Origin: Octopus sinensis
Taxonomy: Eukaryota
DNA: 64,000 bases
NCBI RefSeq assembly: GCF_006345805.1
Contig: NC_043006.1
Span: 57,226,001 to 57,290,000, forward strand
Direction of reading: 5' to 3'
In this document: one piece after another, positions 42,028 to 55,020 of the stretch
Layout of the letters: every line of letters starts with the position of its first letter
Numbering within the stretch: the first letter of the stretch is position 1
Notes under the pieces: generated by a model
Told to the model about the DNA's origin: nothing
The model's input: the letters and a program-made list of their open reading frames with translations, nothing else
Databases searched by the model: none
Position numbers and translations under genes: made by a program

Positions 42028-45000
42028 TCTTTTTTTTCTTCTTTCAAATTTGCTTCCATTTCTTGCCGAGTGTCTTCCCGACTCCTAGGGCAAAGAAACT
42101 CATAGTATACATTGGTAGGCCATTAAACCAAACTCAATAGTTCGTTGATTTAAAAAAAATTTTTTTTTTTTTAAAGTTAAATTAAAATACATGAGCAGCA
42201 ACAGTTCTCACATCGACAATGCTCTTCTCAATACGTGTGATGTACCAGTTAAGACTATCTTTTGCACTTCTTGCAGGGATGGTAAACCAGGGATCATTCT
42301 CATATAATTTTCGGTTCCCTTCTTGATCATTCCTAGTGCTCCTACGATCACTGGTATTGTAACCGCCTTGAGATGCCACATTTTCTCAATTTCAATGAGT
42401 AGGTCTTTATATTTTCTGAGCTTGTCAAACTCTTTCGCTGAGATATTATGATCACAGGAGATGCTCATGTCGATCAATAAGCAAACTTTATTGTTTTGGT
42501 CTTTCACAACAATATCTGGTTTATTGGCCTTGATGGTTCAGTCTGTATGTACTGGAAAGTCCCACAGAATCGTTACATTTTCTCCTTCAGTTACAGCCTC
42601 AGGATGGTGATTATACCACTTGTCGGCAGTTTTGATATTGTAATGCCGACTTATTAGCCAGTGTATATATTGGCCAACTCTGTCATGTCTTAATTTATAC
42701 TCCACTGGTGCTAAGACTTTACATCCAGAGATTAGGTGGTCCACTGTTTCAATCATGTCGTTGCAGAATCGGCATTTTGGGTCTGCTCCATTTTTCATCA
42801 CATTGGCCTGGTAGTTCCGGGTTAATAGGCTTTGATCTTGAGCAGCCAGGATGAAACCTTCGCTCTCTGCTTTTAGCCCTGAGCTCCCTAGCCACTGATG
42901 GGTTTGCTTCTGGTCAACATCAGCTTGTTTGCTGCGGGTCACATATTTGCCGTGCAGAGGTTTCTCCTCCCACCTATCAGCCAATTGCTCGTGCGCTTTA
43001 TTCGTTGCCATCATTTTCACCTTCTTTGCAACAATAGTTGCCGTACTTCCCTCGGGTTGTTCAGTTTGGGTATCCTGCACGAGATCAATAGCAAATTTTT
43101 TGCTTTCCTTTATGATAGAATGAAGCTTCTTTCGTCTCTCGTGATTTTCCACGAGCTTTAGCATCTAGTCATTCGTTATTTCGAGATATTTGGCCAGTCC
43201 AATTGTGGTTGTTTTGTAAGCTAGTTCAAATTGGATCAGGCCTCGACCTCCTTGGGCTCTGGGAAGGTAAAGGCGATCTACGCCTGCCTTTGGGTGGTGC
43301 ATCCTATTACAACTCAGCAGCTTGCGTATTTTCCTATCTATATTCTTTACTTCACTCATATTCCAGTTCAACACATTGTAGCTATAAGTAACAACTGGAA
43401 CTGCTAAGGAATTTATAGCTAACACCTTGTTATGTGCATTTAGTTCAGATTTCAGGACTGCACGAACTCTCCTATAACATTCCTTCCTGATCTCTTTCAT
43501 GCTTGCATGCTGAATACCAGAGCCTTCATTTATCCCTAAATATTTGTATGTTTGTTCTTGCTCAAGCTCTCTTATGACTGTGTCAACATCTAACACGACT
43601 GAATTTGTGGTCTTCACTTTCCCTTTCTGGAAAGTGGCCTTGGCACACTTCTCAAGTCCAAACTCCATCCCGATGTCATCGCTGAATGCTTTCACAGTGC
43701 GCAATAGGCCTTCAAGTTCATTATTGTCTTTACCATAAAGTTTTAAGTCATCCATATAAAATAGATGGCTTATTTTTTTATTGGCAATTTTATACCCATA
43801 CCATGTTCTGTTTAATTCACTTGTAAGGGATATTAGGGCTATACAGAATATTAAAGGTGAAAGTGAGTCACCTTGAAAAATTCCACAGTTGATGTTTATA
43901 TTTTCTGAGGCAAGTACTCCATTAGAGTGGTATAATTGGAGATTCGTATTCCACAACGACATATTGTGCTTCAGGAAGTTTGAAATCACAGGGGAAATTT
44001 TGAAGATGTCCAGCGATCTCAAGATCCATGGATGCGGTATACTGTCGAAGGCCTTTTTATAGTCAATCCATGCGGTGCTGAGATTTCTGCGCTTGTTGTG
44101 ACAGTTCTCAAGGATCATACGATTGATTAGCAGTTGATCTTTGCATCCGTAAGAGCCTCGGCGGCACCCTTTTTGTTCAATGGGGAAAATATCGTTCTTC
44201 TCCATGAATGCATATGTTTTCTCCGCCAGGATAGATGTTAGGATTTTATACGTGGTGGATAGACAGGTTATAGGCCGATAGTTTTTTGGAAGGTTGGTTT
44301 CGTTATTCTTTGGGAGTAGGTAAGTAATACCACTTGCTAACCATTCAGGTGTTTTATTTGGGTCTCTCATAATTCCATTGAGCAGCTGAACTAGCCTACC
44401 GTGTGCGCATGGGAGCGATGCGAGCCAGAAATCTTTACCGGGGGATTTCCAGTTATGGGCCTTCGTGAGTGCCTTTCTTAGGTCTGCTATTGTGATGTCT
44501 TCCCATGCTTGTTGTTGTAAATTTTGGTAGGATCCTTCAGTTTGTATAATCCAGTCTGCATTTATGTTGTACGTCTTCTTGTCACTCCAAATCCTTTTCC
44601 AAAAGTTTTGAACTTCTTCCATGAGAGGGGGGTCTTTAACGGTTACTTTCTCCTTCCCTATTTCTCTGTAGAATTTTTTGGCATTGGATGTGAACAGTTT
44701 ATTTTGCTTGTAAAACTTGTTTCTCTTCTCAAATCTTCGTATTCTTTGGGCTTTTGCTTGGACTTTTTGTTTCAGCGTTTCTTTTATTGATATCAGTTCT
44801 TCTCTTGGTGAGGATCCAAATTTTCTCTTCATCTTTCTTCCTGTTCTGGATCTTACATCATTTCCACATATTAGTTCATTTAATATTGATATTTCCCCTC
44901 TCATAAATTCAATCTCTTTTTCAATTTTACTTCTCCAGGTTTGATTTCTTCCCAGGTTTGGTTTTCTTTGTTTTTTCGGGGGCATACAGCTGGTTTCAAT

Positions 45001-45882
45001 TGCCCTAGCAGAAGCGTAAATAATTTCACTTAACTCAGTAAAATCAGGTTTTAATTCTCCTATTATTTCATTTGTTACATAGTTGCCAATTTGGATTTGT
45101 TTTTTATTTTGGTTTGTATTTGAGAGTTTATGAAGTGGTTCTCTATCATTCATACTTGTATGTCTTACAACTTCAAGCGTATTCAGGATTTTCTGCCTCA
45201 TTTCTGCCATAGACTCTCTGTGTTCTTCAGGAAATGCGGGATCTTCAGTTACTGTTGTTTTATCGTTTTCCTGGCTATCTTTAACAGGTACAATAGAATT
45301 TCTTGTATCTTCAGGCCTTTGCGTACTTTGGTCAGATGGCAGTCTTTCAATTAAGCCTCGTGGCGGGCTATACTGTTCATCTGATTCTTCATTTCCTTTG
45401 TGTCTTATATTTATGTCATTTTCCGTTGCGTGCTTGATCGCGCTTATTTCACTGTCTGTGAGTCTGTTATTTCTAAGGATATCCCTCCTTACATTTGCTA
45501 ATTTGTTCTCGTCCAAATAGGGCCTACTGTCTTGATTCCGTGTTCTCCATATACTGTAAGAGTTTGCGGTGTGTCTTTCTTGAGATGGCCTACCTAATGC
45601 ATAGTAATAAGCGTATATTACTTCTTTATACTCTTCTCGGGTCCATTTGTTCCGCTTACATTTTTCTTTCTGTGGTGGTTGTGGTGGTGAACTTGGAGGG
45701 CTCGAGTTGGGGGATTTCCCGTTCAAGTGACCATCCATGTCCGTATTCGGAGAAGAGTTTGTGCCAGTTGATGACTTTTCGATCCCAGGCTGGCTCTTCC
45801 CTGGGGGACGCACTTCCAGATTAACCATAGGACAAGCGATTTGGTATACTGATTTAGTTTTCCTTTTAGTTTCCAAAAACAT
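42027..45882 (-). mobile_element. Near-full-length R4/Dong-like LINE, family A copy A4
   Basis: Single reading frame 42208-45882 broken by TAG at 43165 and TGA at 42538; RT motifs NYRPITCL, WIDYKKAFDSIPH, FQGDSLSP, YMDDLKLY, YKYLG; CCHC; REL; 3' end at (TAA)n. Confidence 0.95.
43165..45882 (-). CDS. Reverse transcriptase ORF of A4 (905 aa up to the first premature stop)
   Basis: RT motifs as listed for A4. Confidence 0.85.
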   Translation of the reverse strand: MFLETKRKTKSVYQIACPMVNLEVRPPGKSQPGIEKSSTGTNSSPNTDMDGHLNGKSPNSSPPSSPPQPPQKEKCKRNKWTREEYKEVIYAYYYALGRPSQERHTANSYSIWRTRNQDSRPYLDENKLANVRRDILRNNRLTDSEISAIKHATENDINIRHKGNEESDEQYSPPRGLIERLPSDQSTQRPEDTRNSIVPVKDSQENDKTTVTEDPAFPEEHRESMAEMRQKILNTLEVVRHTSMNDREPLHKLSNTNQNKKQIQIGNYVTNEIIGELKPDFTELSEIIYASARAIETSCMPPKKQRKPNLGRNQTWRSKIEKEIEFMRGEISILNELICGNDVRSRTGRKMKRKFGSSPREELISIKETLKQKVQAKAQRIRRFEKRNKFYKQNKLFTSNAKKFYREIGKEKVTVKDPPLMEEVQNFWKRIWSDKKTYNINADWIIQTEGSYQNLQQQAWEDITIADLRKALTKAHNWKSPGKDFWLASLPCAHGRLVQLLNGIMRDPNKTPEWLASGITYLLPKNNETNLPKNYRPITCLSTTYKILTSILAEKTYAFMEKNDIFPIEQKGCRRGSYGCKDQLLINRMILENCHNKRRNLSTAWIDYKKAFDSIPHPWILRSLDIFKISPVISNFLKHNMSLWNTNLQLYHSNGVLASENININCGIFQGDSLSPLIFCIALISLTSELNRTWYGYKIANKKISHLFYMDDLKLYGKDNNELEGLLRTVKAFSDDIGMEFGLEKCAKATFQKGKVKTTNSVVLDVDTVIRELEQEQTYKYLGINEGSGIQHASMKEIRKECYRRVRAVLKSELNAHNKVLAINSLAVPVVTYSYNVLNWNMSEVKNIDRKIRKLLSCNRMHHPKAGVDRLYLPRAQGGRGLIQFELAYKTTTIGLAKYLEITND

Positions 45883-47109
45883 TTTGGTGCTACGATAATG
45901 TTATCATTTTTGAGCTTTGATTGGCTCGTGGGGAGACGGCCATCATTGCCGTTACAATTATAATCGTACCATTATAGCAGCTGTAGTCGGCTTATTATTG
46001 TTACTATCATCACCATTATTATCACTATCATCATTATCATCACCATTACCATCATCATTATCATCATCACCATCACCATCACCACCATCATCATCAATGA
46101 TATTGTTTTATGTGTAGTCACAGCAGTATCTTATTATTGCTATTTTTGTTTTTTATCATTATCACCATCACAGTAGTGTCTGTCTGTCTCGTTGGCTGGC
46201 TTGGTGGTTGGCTGGCTGACTGTCTTCAATGCCAGAGTTCTTGCCTGTCAAATAATACTTTCATATTTGGTTAACAATAGAGCCGAGGTGAGGTTTGTGT
46301 TGGTTGAACTCTTTGAGTGTGTGTGTGTAGATAGATAGATTATCAGCACTATTACTATCATTATTATCATCATCACCATCATCACCATCAGTGATATTTT
46401 TTTTTTTTTAGGTGGGGTCCTATCGGTCAAAAAAAGTTCAAATGTTTACTACTATTAGCCTTAAGAAAAATTAAGGAAGGGCTGTTCTGTATTGTTTGTG
46501 AATAGAGAAGTTGTGTTCGACTAGAGAGAATCTTAGCATCATTATTTTTTTTTTCCATGTGCGTTTGTGTTATTGCAATAAAAAAACTGTTTGTATATTT
46601 CGTGTAAGGTAATATTGTGGAGGTTGAAGTTGACTTTTCTAGAGATGTTTGTATGTCCAGTTAGAAGAACAGGTGTGTTTTTGCAATAAAAAGTATATGT
46701 TTACATTTATATTTGAATATTCTGGGAGGAAGCAAAGAAAAGTCAGATTTTCATAGAAAGTTTTAGGGTTTTGTAAGTCCACAAAAAGGAAAAGCGTGAT
46801 GTTTTTAGAGAGAAGTAAAAAAAAAAGAGTGTTTACAGAGGCAGTTGTGGGTATTAAAGTTTTTAAAGCTGATCGGATGTATGTTTGAAAGCTGTAGATA
46901 TGTAAATTTTAAATTTCCCAACTTATTTTGAAGAGAATTTTAAATACTCACGAGGTATTGTAGATGTTCCAGTCTTTGAGAGTTATTTTTTCCCGTTGCT
47001 AAACTGGGTCATATTAGTGTTTCTATGGCTTTCGGCTACTGAATTGTCAGAGCAGTGAGGAATACGTCCAGCCGCTGTCAAAGCTGGCGCTCTTGTCAAA
47101 GCTGGCATA

Positions 47110-47160
<51 letters not shown>

Positions 47161-47600
47161 GAGTGAGTGAGTGAGTGAGAGAGCAGTGCATGCCATTAAA
47201 GTGACACTGGGGTAAAATATACGAAGCCCAGTATACCCATCATGACTACCCGTCTGATAAGGGTACGCTTTCTTCTTTTGATTTGCATGATCTGCATTGG
47301 GATTCTACTTGGTTTTTGTCTATTTTGGCCTGTATCCAATTGTTCCTTCATGCTTGATCTTGTGCAGCTTTTAACAAACTTTCTGTCTCCCTCTTCAGCT
47401 TTCCCTTCTGCTGCCATAGCCATATCTCACTACTATTGTTTACTGAAACTATCTTTGGGAATCTACCATGCAAGGCATTCTTCTGCCAATCAGATAATTT
47501 CTGTTCTTTTTCTGGTTTTTAAGTTAGTTTGGTGTTTTGGTTTCCCTATGTTTTGCTGTGACTCTAGCAGCTTTTAATAAACTTTCTTCATTATTACATA
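47161..47600 (-). pseudogene. Chimera: R4/Dong-like coding fragment joined to the terminus of the 48383-48918 element
   Basis: Minus reading KNALHGRFP..QKGKLKRETESLLKAAQDQ..CRSCKSKEES; switches at ~47266 to the gagtgagagagcagtgc end. Confidence 0.65.
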
Positions 47601-47702
47601 GGTGTCTCAACCCTCAACCTTTAAAATTATTGCTTTTTTGCCTAAATTAGAAATTTGGCATTGTGCCTACACCAAAAAACCATTATAATTCTTCTTCTTC
47701 TT

Positions 47703-47778
<76 letters not shown>

Positions 47779-47797
47779 TATTATTATTATTATTATT

Positions 47798-48382
<585 letters not shown>

Positions 48383-48918
48383 GAGTGAGAGAGCAGTGCA
48401 TGCCATCAAAGTGACACAGCTAAAATATACGAACCCCAGTATATCCATCATGACTACCCGTCTGATAAGGGTACACCAGGCACATGCATCACAACCATAT
48501 GTGCGCGACATGGTGATCTCACATCAAGATAAACAGCGCATGACCTTGCAGGTGGGGCCCAGTTAGAATTTTCTTCTGGTCGAGTAACCCATCCCCTTCA
48601 AAAGGTCCCTGAATAAGGGTCGTTTAAGGATGTTGAACGAAACACCCATGTTTCCAGAGTTGAATTATTCAAACCCCAAAGAATCCCTCACAACACATGG
48701 CTATGATGCTCCACCACTACTTCTGCTCGTGATCAGAGATGCACACATCGTCAGCCACTGAGGGACATGCTCAACTGATTAAGCAAATCTGTGGTATTGA
48801 GCAGAATATTTGCTGTAGCCCATCTTTTATACCAAGACAAAACAATGTATATGATAACAGTTCCAATCAGTTAAGATGAGAAGCCACGAGACCCACTGCC
48901 TGGTATTGCATCAGGGCA
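48383..48918 (-). mobile_element. ~540-bp non-coding element inside ATT-type repeats
   Basis: Its end recurs at 47161 and 61923; ATT-rich repeats on both sides; no R4-like coding detected; strand assigned by analogy with the LINEs. Confidence 0.6.
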
Positions 48919-48964
48919 ATTATTATCATTATTGTTGTTGTTGTTGTTGTTGATGTTGTTATCA

Positions 48965-51045
48965 TAGACGTCGCACAGTATACAATATCGTGAGGTTGTT
49001 GATTGAAGATATTGTATCTACCGAGCTTTGTACTGTTTGTCAAGTCACAATAAGTACCTCAGACAGACAGTTCTTTACCCAATGTGCGTGCAGTTCCAAG
49101 TAATGCCAACTTTTGTAATACATCTAAATTGTAGGGTATCTCTAAGGTTTTCAGATGTTTTCTTTTTCAGATTGGGTGGTATCGAACCCAATGCTCCGAT
49201 GACAATATGGATAAACTTTATGTTCGACTCTCGTAGCTGCCACATCTTAGCAATCTCAATTCTCAGATCTCCATATTTATCAACTTTTTCTCTTTCTTTT
49301 ATGATGATGAGTTGATCTCCTGGCACTATCACGTCAATTATTAGGCGCTCTTGTTTGTCTCTCTTAAAGATTACTATATCTGGCCTTCGGTGCTCTAACA
49401 CTTTGTCTGCCTGGAAATCGAAGTCCCAGAGGATTTTTGCCTTCCCCTTTTCGTCCATTACCTTTTCCGGTGTATGTTGGTCCCAAGCACCCGTAATCTT
49501 ATATCCATACTTACGGCATAGTAGCCAGTGGAGGTTTTGGGCTACTTTGTCGTGTTTACGCTTGTACTCTTTCTGCGCAAGACTTTCACGAGCACTAACA
49601 ATGTGAGTCATACTTTCGACCCTCTTCTCACACTTTCTGCACAGGTCCAATGCACTTGTTTGTATATATTCTTTTTCACTGAGTTGGTATTCAATGCCTG
49701 GTCCTAGGCCGAGATGATTAGGCTTTCAATATTCTATTAGGTCACCCGTCTGGAATCCCCTCCATGATGTTCCCTGGTATTTTAATTTGTTGGTTTCGCG
49801 CTGGAACTGACCATGTGATTCCATACGGAGTAGGGTTTCTACTCTCTCAATAGCTGTCCCTTTTCTGAATTCATGAGCACTCCATTTTTATTACATCCTT
49901 CTACATAAGCAGCATAGTGTAGCAAGTCTTCTTTGCTGTTTGTCAGATATTCTGCCATGTATCTTCTTTCACTGTTGATGCACTCCCGTACGCTAATCTG
50001 TTCACGCCTACCCTTGCCTCTCTTCATGTACAGCCTGTGTACATTTGCCTTAGGGTGGAGGGCACCATGCATTGTCATTGTCTTTCGAGTGGTGTGATCG
50101 AGTTGGCCAATCACTGCTTGTGCCCATTTTGGGATGGGTGCACAATAGCGGACTACAACAACAGCCCATATGTTGATGGCAGTCACAAGGTTTCTTGAGT
50201 TGAGCTTTGATTTCAAGAGAAGTTTGGAGCGCTTGAAATATGCATTGTTGACCTTGTCTTTCATTTCTCTGTGCAAGATATTGGTCCAGCTCCAGGATTT
50301 CTAGATAGTTGAACCCATCATCATCCGGGCCTTCCATTCTCTCTCCGTTTGGTAATAATTCTATGCTCCTACAATTTACTCTTTTAACCTGCTTCAAAGT
50401 AAGCACCGCACACTTCGAGATACCGAATTCCATCCCTGTATCCTTGCTACATATTTGCACAGTCTCAACCAGCCTCTCCATTTCAGGCTCTGATTTGCGA
50501 ACAGTTTTAAATCATCATGAAGAGAAGGTGATTGAGACGAGGTCCGTTCTTTCTCAGCTCATAGTGCACGCTGATTTTACGTAGGACTACAGAAAGTGGG
50601 ATCAAGGCTATAACAAATAACAGAGGTGAACAAGAGTTTCCTTGGATGATACCGCTTTTGATTGTTACTTCGGCTAAGTGCTGGTTGTTACAGGAAAGAC
50701 GCGTTTTCCAACTAGGCATGCTGCTCTTAATCAGTGCACACACGTTCTCAGCTATTCCATACAAGTCAAGTGTTTCCAAAATCCACGAATGCGGCAACAC
50801 GTCGTGAGCCTTTTTGAAGTCTATCCAAGCTATGCATAAGTTTTTTTTTTTTTTGTACCGTTTATAGTTAATTATAACCTTGTCTATCACAAGGTGGTCC
50901 TTGGTGCCCTTAGATTCTTTTCGGCATCTTTTTTGTTCTACTGGCAGAAGATTGTTTTCCGCAAGGAACGTATATATTTTCCCTGCGAGGGTACCTGTTA
51001 ATACTTTTCATAGGAGGTTAAGACAAGCAATGAGGTTGGCAATAT
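48965..51045 (-). pseudogene. Degenerate R4/Dong-like LINE (RT + REL), distinct family
   Basis: AWIDFKKAHDVLPH, IQGNSCSPLLF, NHLLFM; CRKC..THIVS, RKHD, RRPDIVI..IIDVIVP..KY. Confidence 0.85.
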
Positions 51046-51059
51046 AATTGCCAACCTCA

Positions 51060-51329
51060 TTGCCTATTATATTGGTTTGGCTCAGTTTCGGTCATGTTCC
51101 TGATAGGAATCATGTGGATAGCAGGTTACTACATGTAACCTTAGGTATCCACAAATTTTCAGCAATCTTTCTTAGTGCTTAGAACCCTCCTGATGATCCT
51201 TGCTGTCCCTAAGAGACAGACTTTCCGCAGGAGCTCTACCGGGCATTCTATTTCAATACATTCAGCCATTTTTCTATATCTTTGCTTACTGTTCCAAACG
51301 CACCAATTATTATAGGCATGCTCCAAATT
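51060..51329 (-). pseudogene. R4/Dong-like extreme 3' fragment
   Basis: Minus reading IECPVELLRKVCLLGTARIIRRVLS; 5' end abuts (TTC)n(ATT)n. Confidence 0.7.
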
Positions 51330-51340
51330 CTTCTTCTTCT

Positions 51341-51677
<337 letters not shown>

Positions 51678-52089
51678 TTATTATTATTGTTGCTGTTATT
51701 GTTGTTGCTATTATTGTTGCTGCTGGTGTTGCTGTTGTTGTTGTTGCTGCCGTTGTTGTTATGTTTTACGGTATTCGTATTGAGCCCAGTTTATTGATGC
51801 GCTCGACCGCACCACACGTCATGGTTTCAGATGAAGAACATTTTGTAACTTCTGTATAAAAATTTGTTTTCTTTTTTCCTCCCCGCTCCCCATATATGTT
51901 TTTAACTTGTATTAAGGAGCCTGCAGATTGGTGGAGACCAACTGGAAGAGGGCGCTCGCTCTAGCGATCAGAGTGACTGTGGTTTTGTGGGGTTTTCACG
52001 AGTAGCCTTCTGATTCCCCCCTCATCTTTGGGGAAATTATTCCTTGTTTGAATTTGTTTTCTTTGCTTTTGTTTTTTTATTTATTACAT

Positions 52090-52760
52090 GCTTTTGTGTA
52101 ATCCCACTCTGTATAGTCCTTTACCATCCTGTATCGTTCCCCCAAGGTTTCTGGTCAACCATAAGTGGTTGACAAATAATATAGAAAACATTATCATCAC
52201 CACAACCGCCACGACAAAGACGACCATCACGACCATCATTACCAACACCACCACTGTGATCATCATCAACATCGTCGCCGTCATCGTCATATATAAATGT
52301 ACTGTCCACAGCATATCACACAATTCTATTAGCCATTACATCGAGTCTACTATTAATTTTAAACAGAGGTATTCTGCACATCTAAACTCATTTAAATATA
52401 AGAAGCATAGCAAATCCACGTCCCTAGCCAACCACATAAAGCCATCTGATAAATAAGAAAATGCCATATAGGATATCCTGGCTATAATAGATTCTAGAGT
52501 CACATATGAAGCCAACGCTCCACATGTGGACTCAGTTTGAAGGAAGCCTTCCAAATATTAATTCATAATTCACTACAATTACTCAATAAAAAATACGAAG
52601 CGTTCTCTACATGTAAGCAGGAATTCTATCGTACCTTTAGATTCTTCCATAGGTCCAAATGCAAGCATGAATTCTATCGCACCTTTAAATTCTTCCATAG
52701 GTCCAAATGCAAGCAAAATCAACACACATAATACTTGCCTATATGCATCCACGGCCGTTA
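52090..52760 (+). pseudogene. Penelope-like element GIY-YIG endonuclease remnant
   Basis: VIYKCTV..YIESTINFKQRYSAHLNSF..KSTSLANHI ... LKEAFQIL..LLNKKYEAFSTCK, the layout of PLE GIY-YIG domains. Confidence 0.65.
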
Positions 52761-52976
52761 CAATATACGTACGCTTTTTTCTTCTCTATTAACATAAGTA
52801 TCGTAGAAGCTAGCTATTTGCAATAATCTGTTTTTAATTTTTTAATTTTTAATTTTGATTTTTAATCTATAACCTTTTTAATTTTTAATTTTTGATTTTT
52901 AAACCTTTAATTTTTATCCTTTATCAATTTAACTGTATTTTTATCCTCCCTTAAGCTAGGCAAATACTTATAGCTA

Positions 52977-53778
52977 CGAGGGGCGTTCAATAAGTAATGC
53001 CCCTGACCCACTTTCAATAGCAGTAGAGCAAGGAAACCTGGCACAGTTATTAGTCTTTTTCTACATAGGAACTATCCAGAGTTACGCATTTGTCCCATCT
53101 TTTGATGCAGCTCTGGAGACCGTTTTTGTAGAAGACCCCAGCTTGGTCCTCCAACCACGACGTGACTTCAGAAATCAAGGCTGCATCATCTGGGAAACGC
53201 TTTCCTTTCAAAAACAACTTAATGGCTGGGAAGAGGTGAACATCAGAGGGTGCAAGGTCAAGAGAGTAGGGGATGGAGGTGGACATCATAGCCGCACGCC
53301 TGTGCTTCTGATCTGGGGACAAGCGAGTTGGGGACCGGAGCGTTGTCCTACAGGAGGGGGATGCCTTTGCTGATCTTGCCCCGCCTCTTGATTTTGATAG
53401 CTTCTTTTAAATTCCTCAAAAGCATAATAGGCTCCTGTAATTGTGGTACCCTTTGCCAGGAAATCTGTCATCACTACTCTGTCCTGGTCCCAGAAGACTG
53501 TGAGCATAACCTTGCCAGCGGAGGGCTGCACCCTTACCTTCTTTGGAGGTGGTGAGTCACGGTGCTTCCACTGCATTGACTGGGCTTTGCTCGACACTCA
53601 ACAGGCTCCATTTCATACTTGACTCAGTTCAAACACCTGTAAATCAGAAACCACAATTAGTCCAGAGCTGTAATTTGCCACTTAATCGATAGAGATATAA
53701 ATAATTGAACATGCAAAATTTCAGCTAGATCAAATAACTGCAAGTGGATAAGGGGAATTACTTATTGAACGTCCCTCG
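52977..53778 (-). mobile_element. Internally deleted mariner element
   Basis: TIRs cgaggggcgttcaataagtaat / attacttattgaacgtccctcg; TA TSDs (52975-76, 53779-80); PYSLDLAPSD, QSMQWKH and KRWDKCV motifs. Confidence 0.92.
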
Positions 53779-54257
53779 TATCCCTATTGATTTTCTTTCT
53801 GACCACACCGAATCTAGAATTCATCTATTTAATTGATAGACATAAATACCTTCTTCCTCCACTTTACCAAAACCTTAATACCTCAGTTCTCATCCCGAAC
53901 CAACTCTTACGAGGAATAATACTGGCATCCAATCTTTATCTTTATTTTTCATTTTTTAATTTTATTTTACTTTCACTCTCATTCATTCTTCCCCACACAA
54001 AAACTTAATAAGTTTTTTCATATATTGACCATGTAAGGTTTTTTTTACATGTCATCATCTTAACATATCATTTAATAGATGCAGTTTCGGCCTAATTTTA
54101 AGTTTTTACACTATACCTCTTGTTGTTTCCCTTTTTCCCTAAGAAATGTCTCATTTCGATATCTTAAAGGAAGAAAAAAAGTCTTTTTCTTTGTATTTAT
54201 TTGTATAACTTTACATTATTCTTTTTATCTAATATTTATTATTATAGCATTACAGAC

Positions 54258-54620
54258 AATCTATTATATAAAATCCGTTCTGTCTCTGTGTGTGTCTGTG
54301 TCTTCTAGGATCGGGCATCCTCCATCCGATTGTGCTCAAATTTGATATGTAGATACCGACGTTATCAGGGCGTGTATAAGTCTTGAAAAAATTACAAAAA
54401 TCGATTCCAGGTGAGAATGTGATCGATAAAGCCGTGGGAACGTGCATTTGTACGCGCAAGTACATCAGCTGTCGCGATCGATACTACGCGTACGCGAGAT
54501 AAATTCACGTGCAGTTTGCGCAAAAAAGCCAGCTGGCTTGAAATAATGCCCCAAAATGCGGTATATTTAAGAGACCAAAAAAGTAAAATGCAAAAGAGAT
54601 ATTTTCTTCAAACTTGGCAT
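54258..54620 (+). mobile_element. Possible non-autonomous Helitron-like 5' region
   Basis: a|tctattatataaaa start, (TG/TC) repeat, then ccgattgtgctcaaatttg; no 3' hairpin/CTRR identified. Confidence 0.3.
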
Positions 54621-55020
54621 GAAGGAAGGAAAGACTATTTGGTTTCTCAAGAAGTTTTTTTTCTTTGCCTAAACTTCGTTTAACAAAAGCAAAAATTTTA
54701 TTGAAATAAAGACATGCTTAATTATTTTTTAATGAAAAGAAAACACTGATTGCTTTTTATTCAGCAGATATGATTCAGCACCGTCTATTGAACTGGGTGG
54801 GGGGGGGGGGTTGCTCGTATTTAATAATTGTTTTCTAGTTACCGAAGTCGCATATTTGCATGTTTTTGAGATAAAAAATAATTTCTCTTTGTTAGAGTTT
54901 GTACGGAGCATTTTAAATGCAGTCATAAGTTTTCTTCTTTTTCTGCATAATTTTGCTAATTCATTGTAGAACATTGATACCAATTACTCACATCTTAATT
55001 TTTGTAATTAGCTGCTTTAA

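Noticed and set aside
45690-45950. Possible HDV-like ribozyme at the 5' end of A4 (crossing stems cccagg/cctggg and gaagag/ctcttc on minus)
   Set aside because: The spacing leaves no room for P3/L3; the topology does not fit by eye, and a descriptor search would be needed
51921-51950. ctgcaga-ttggt-ggag-accaa-ctggaa, resembling a hammerhead stem II region upstream of the PLE remnant
   Set aside because: The core differs from CUGANGA/GAAA, and no stems I or III were found
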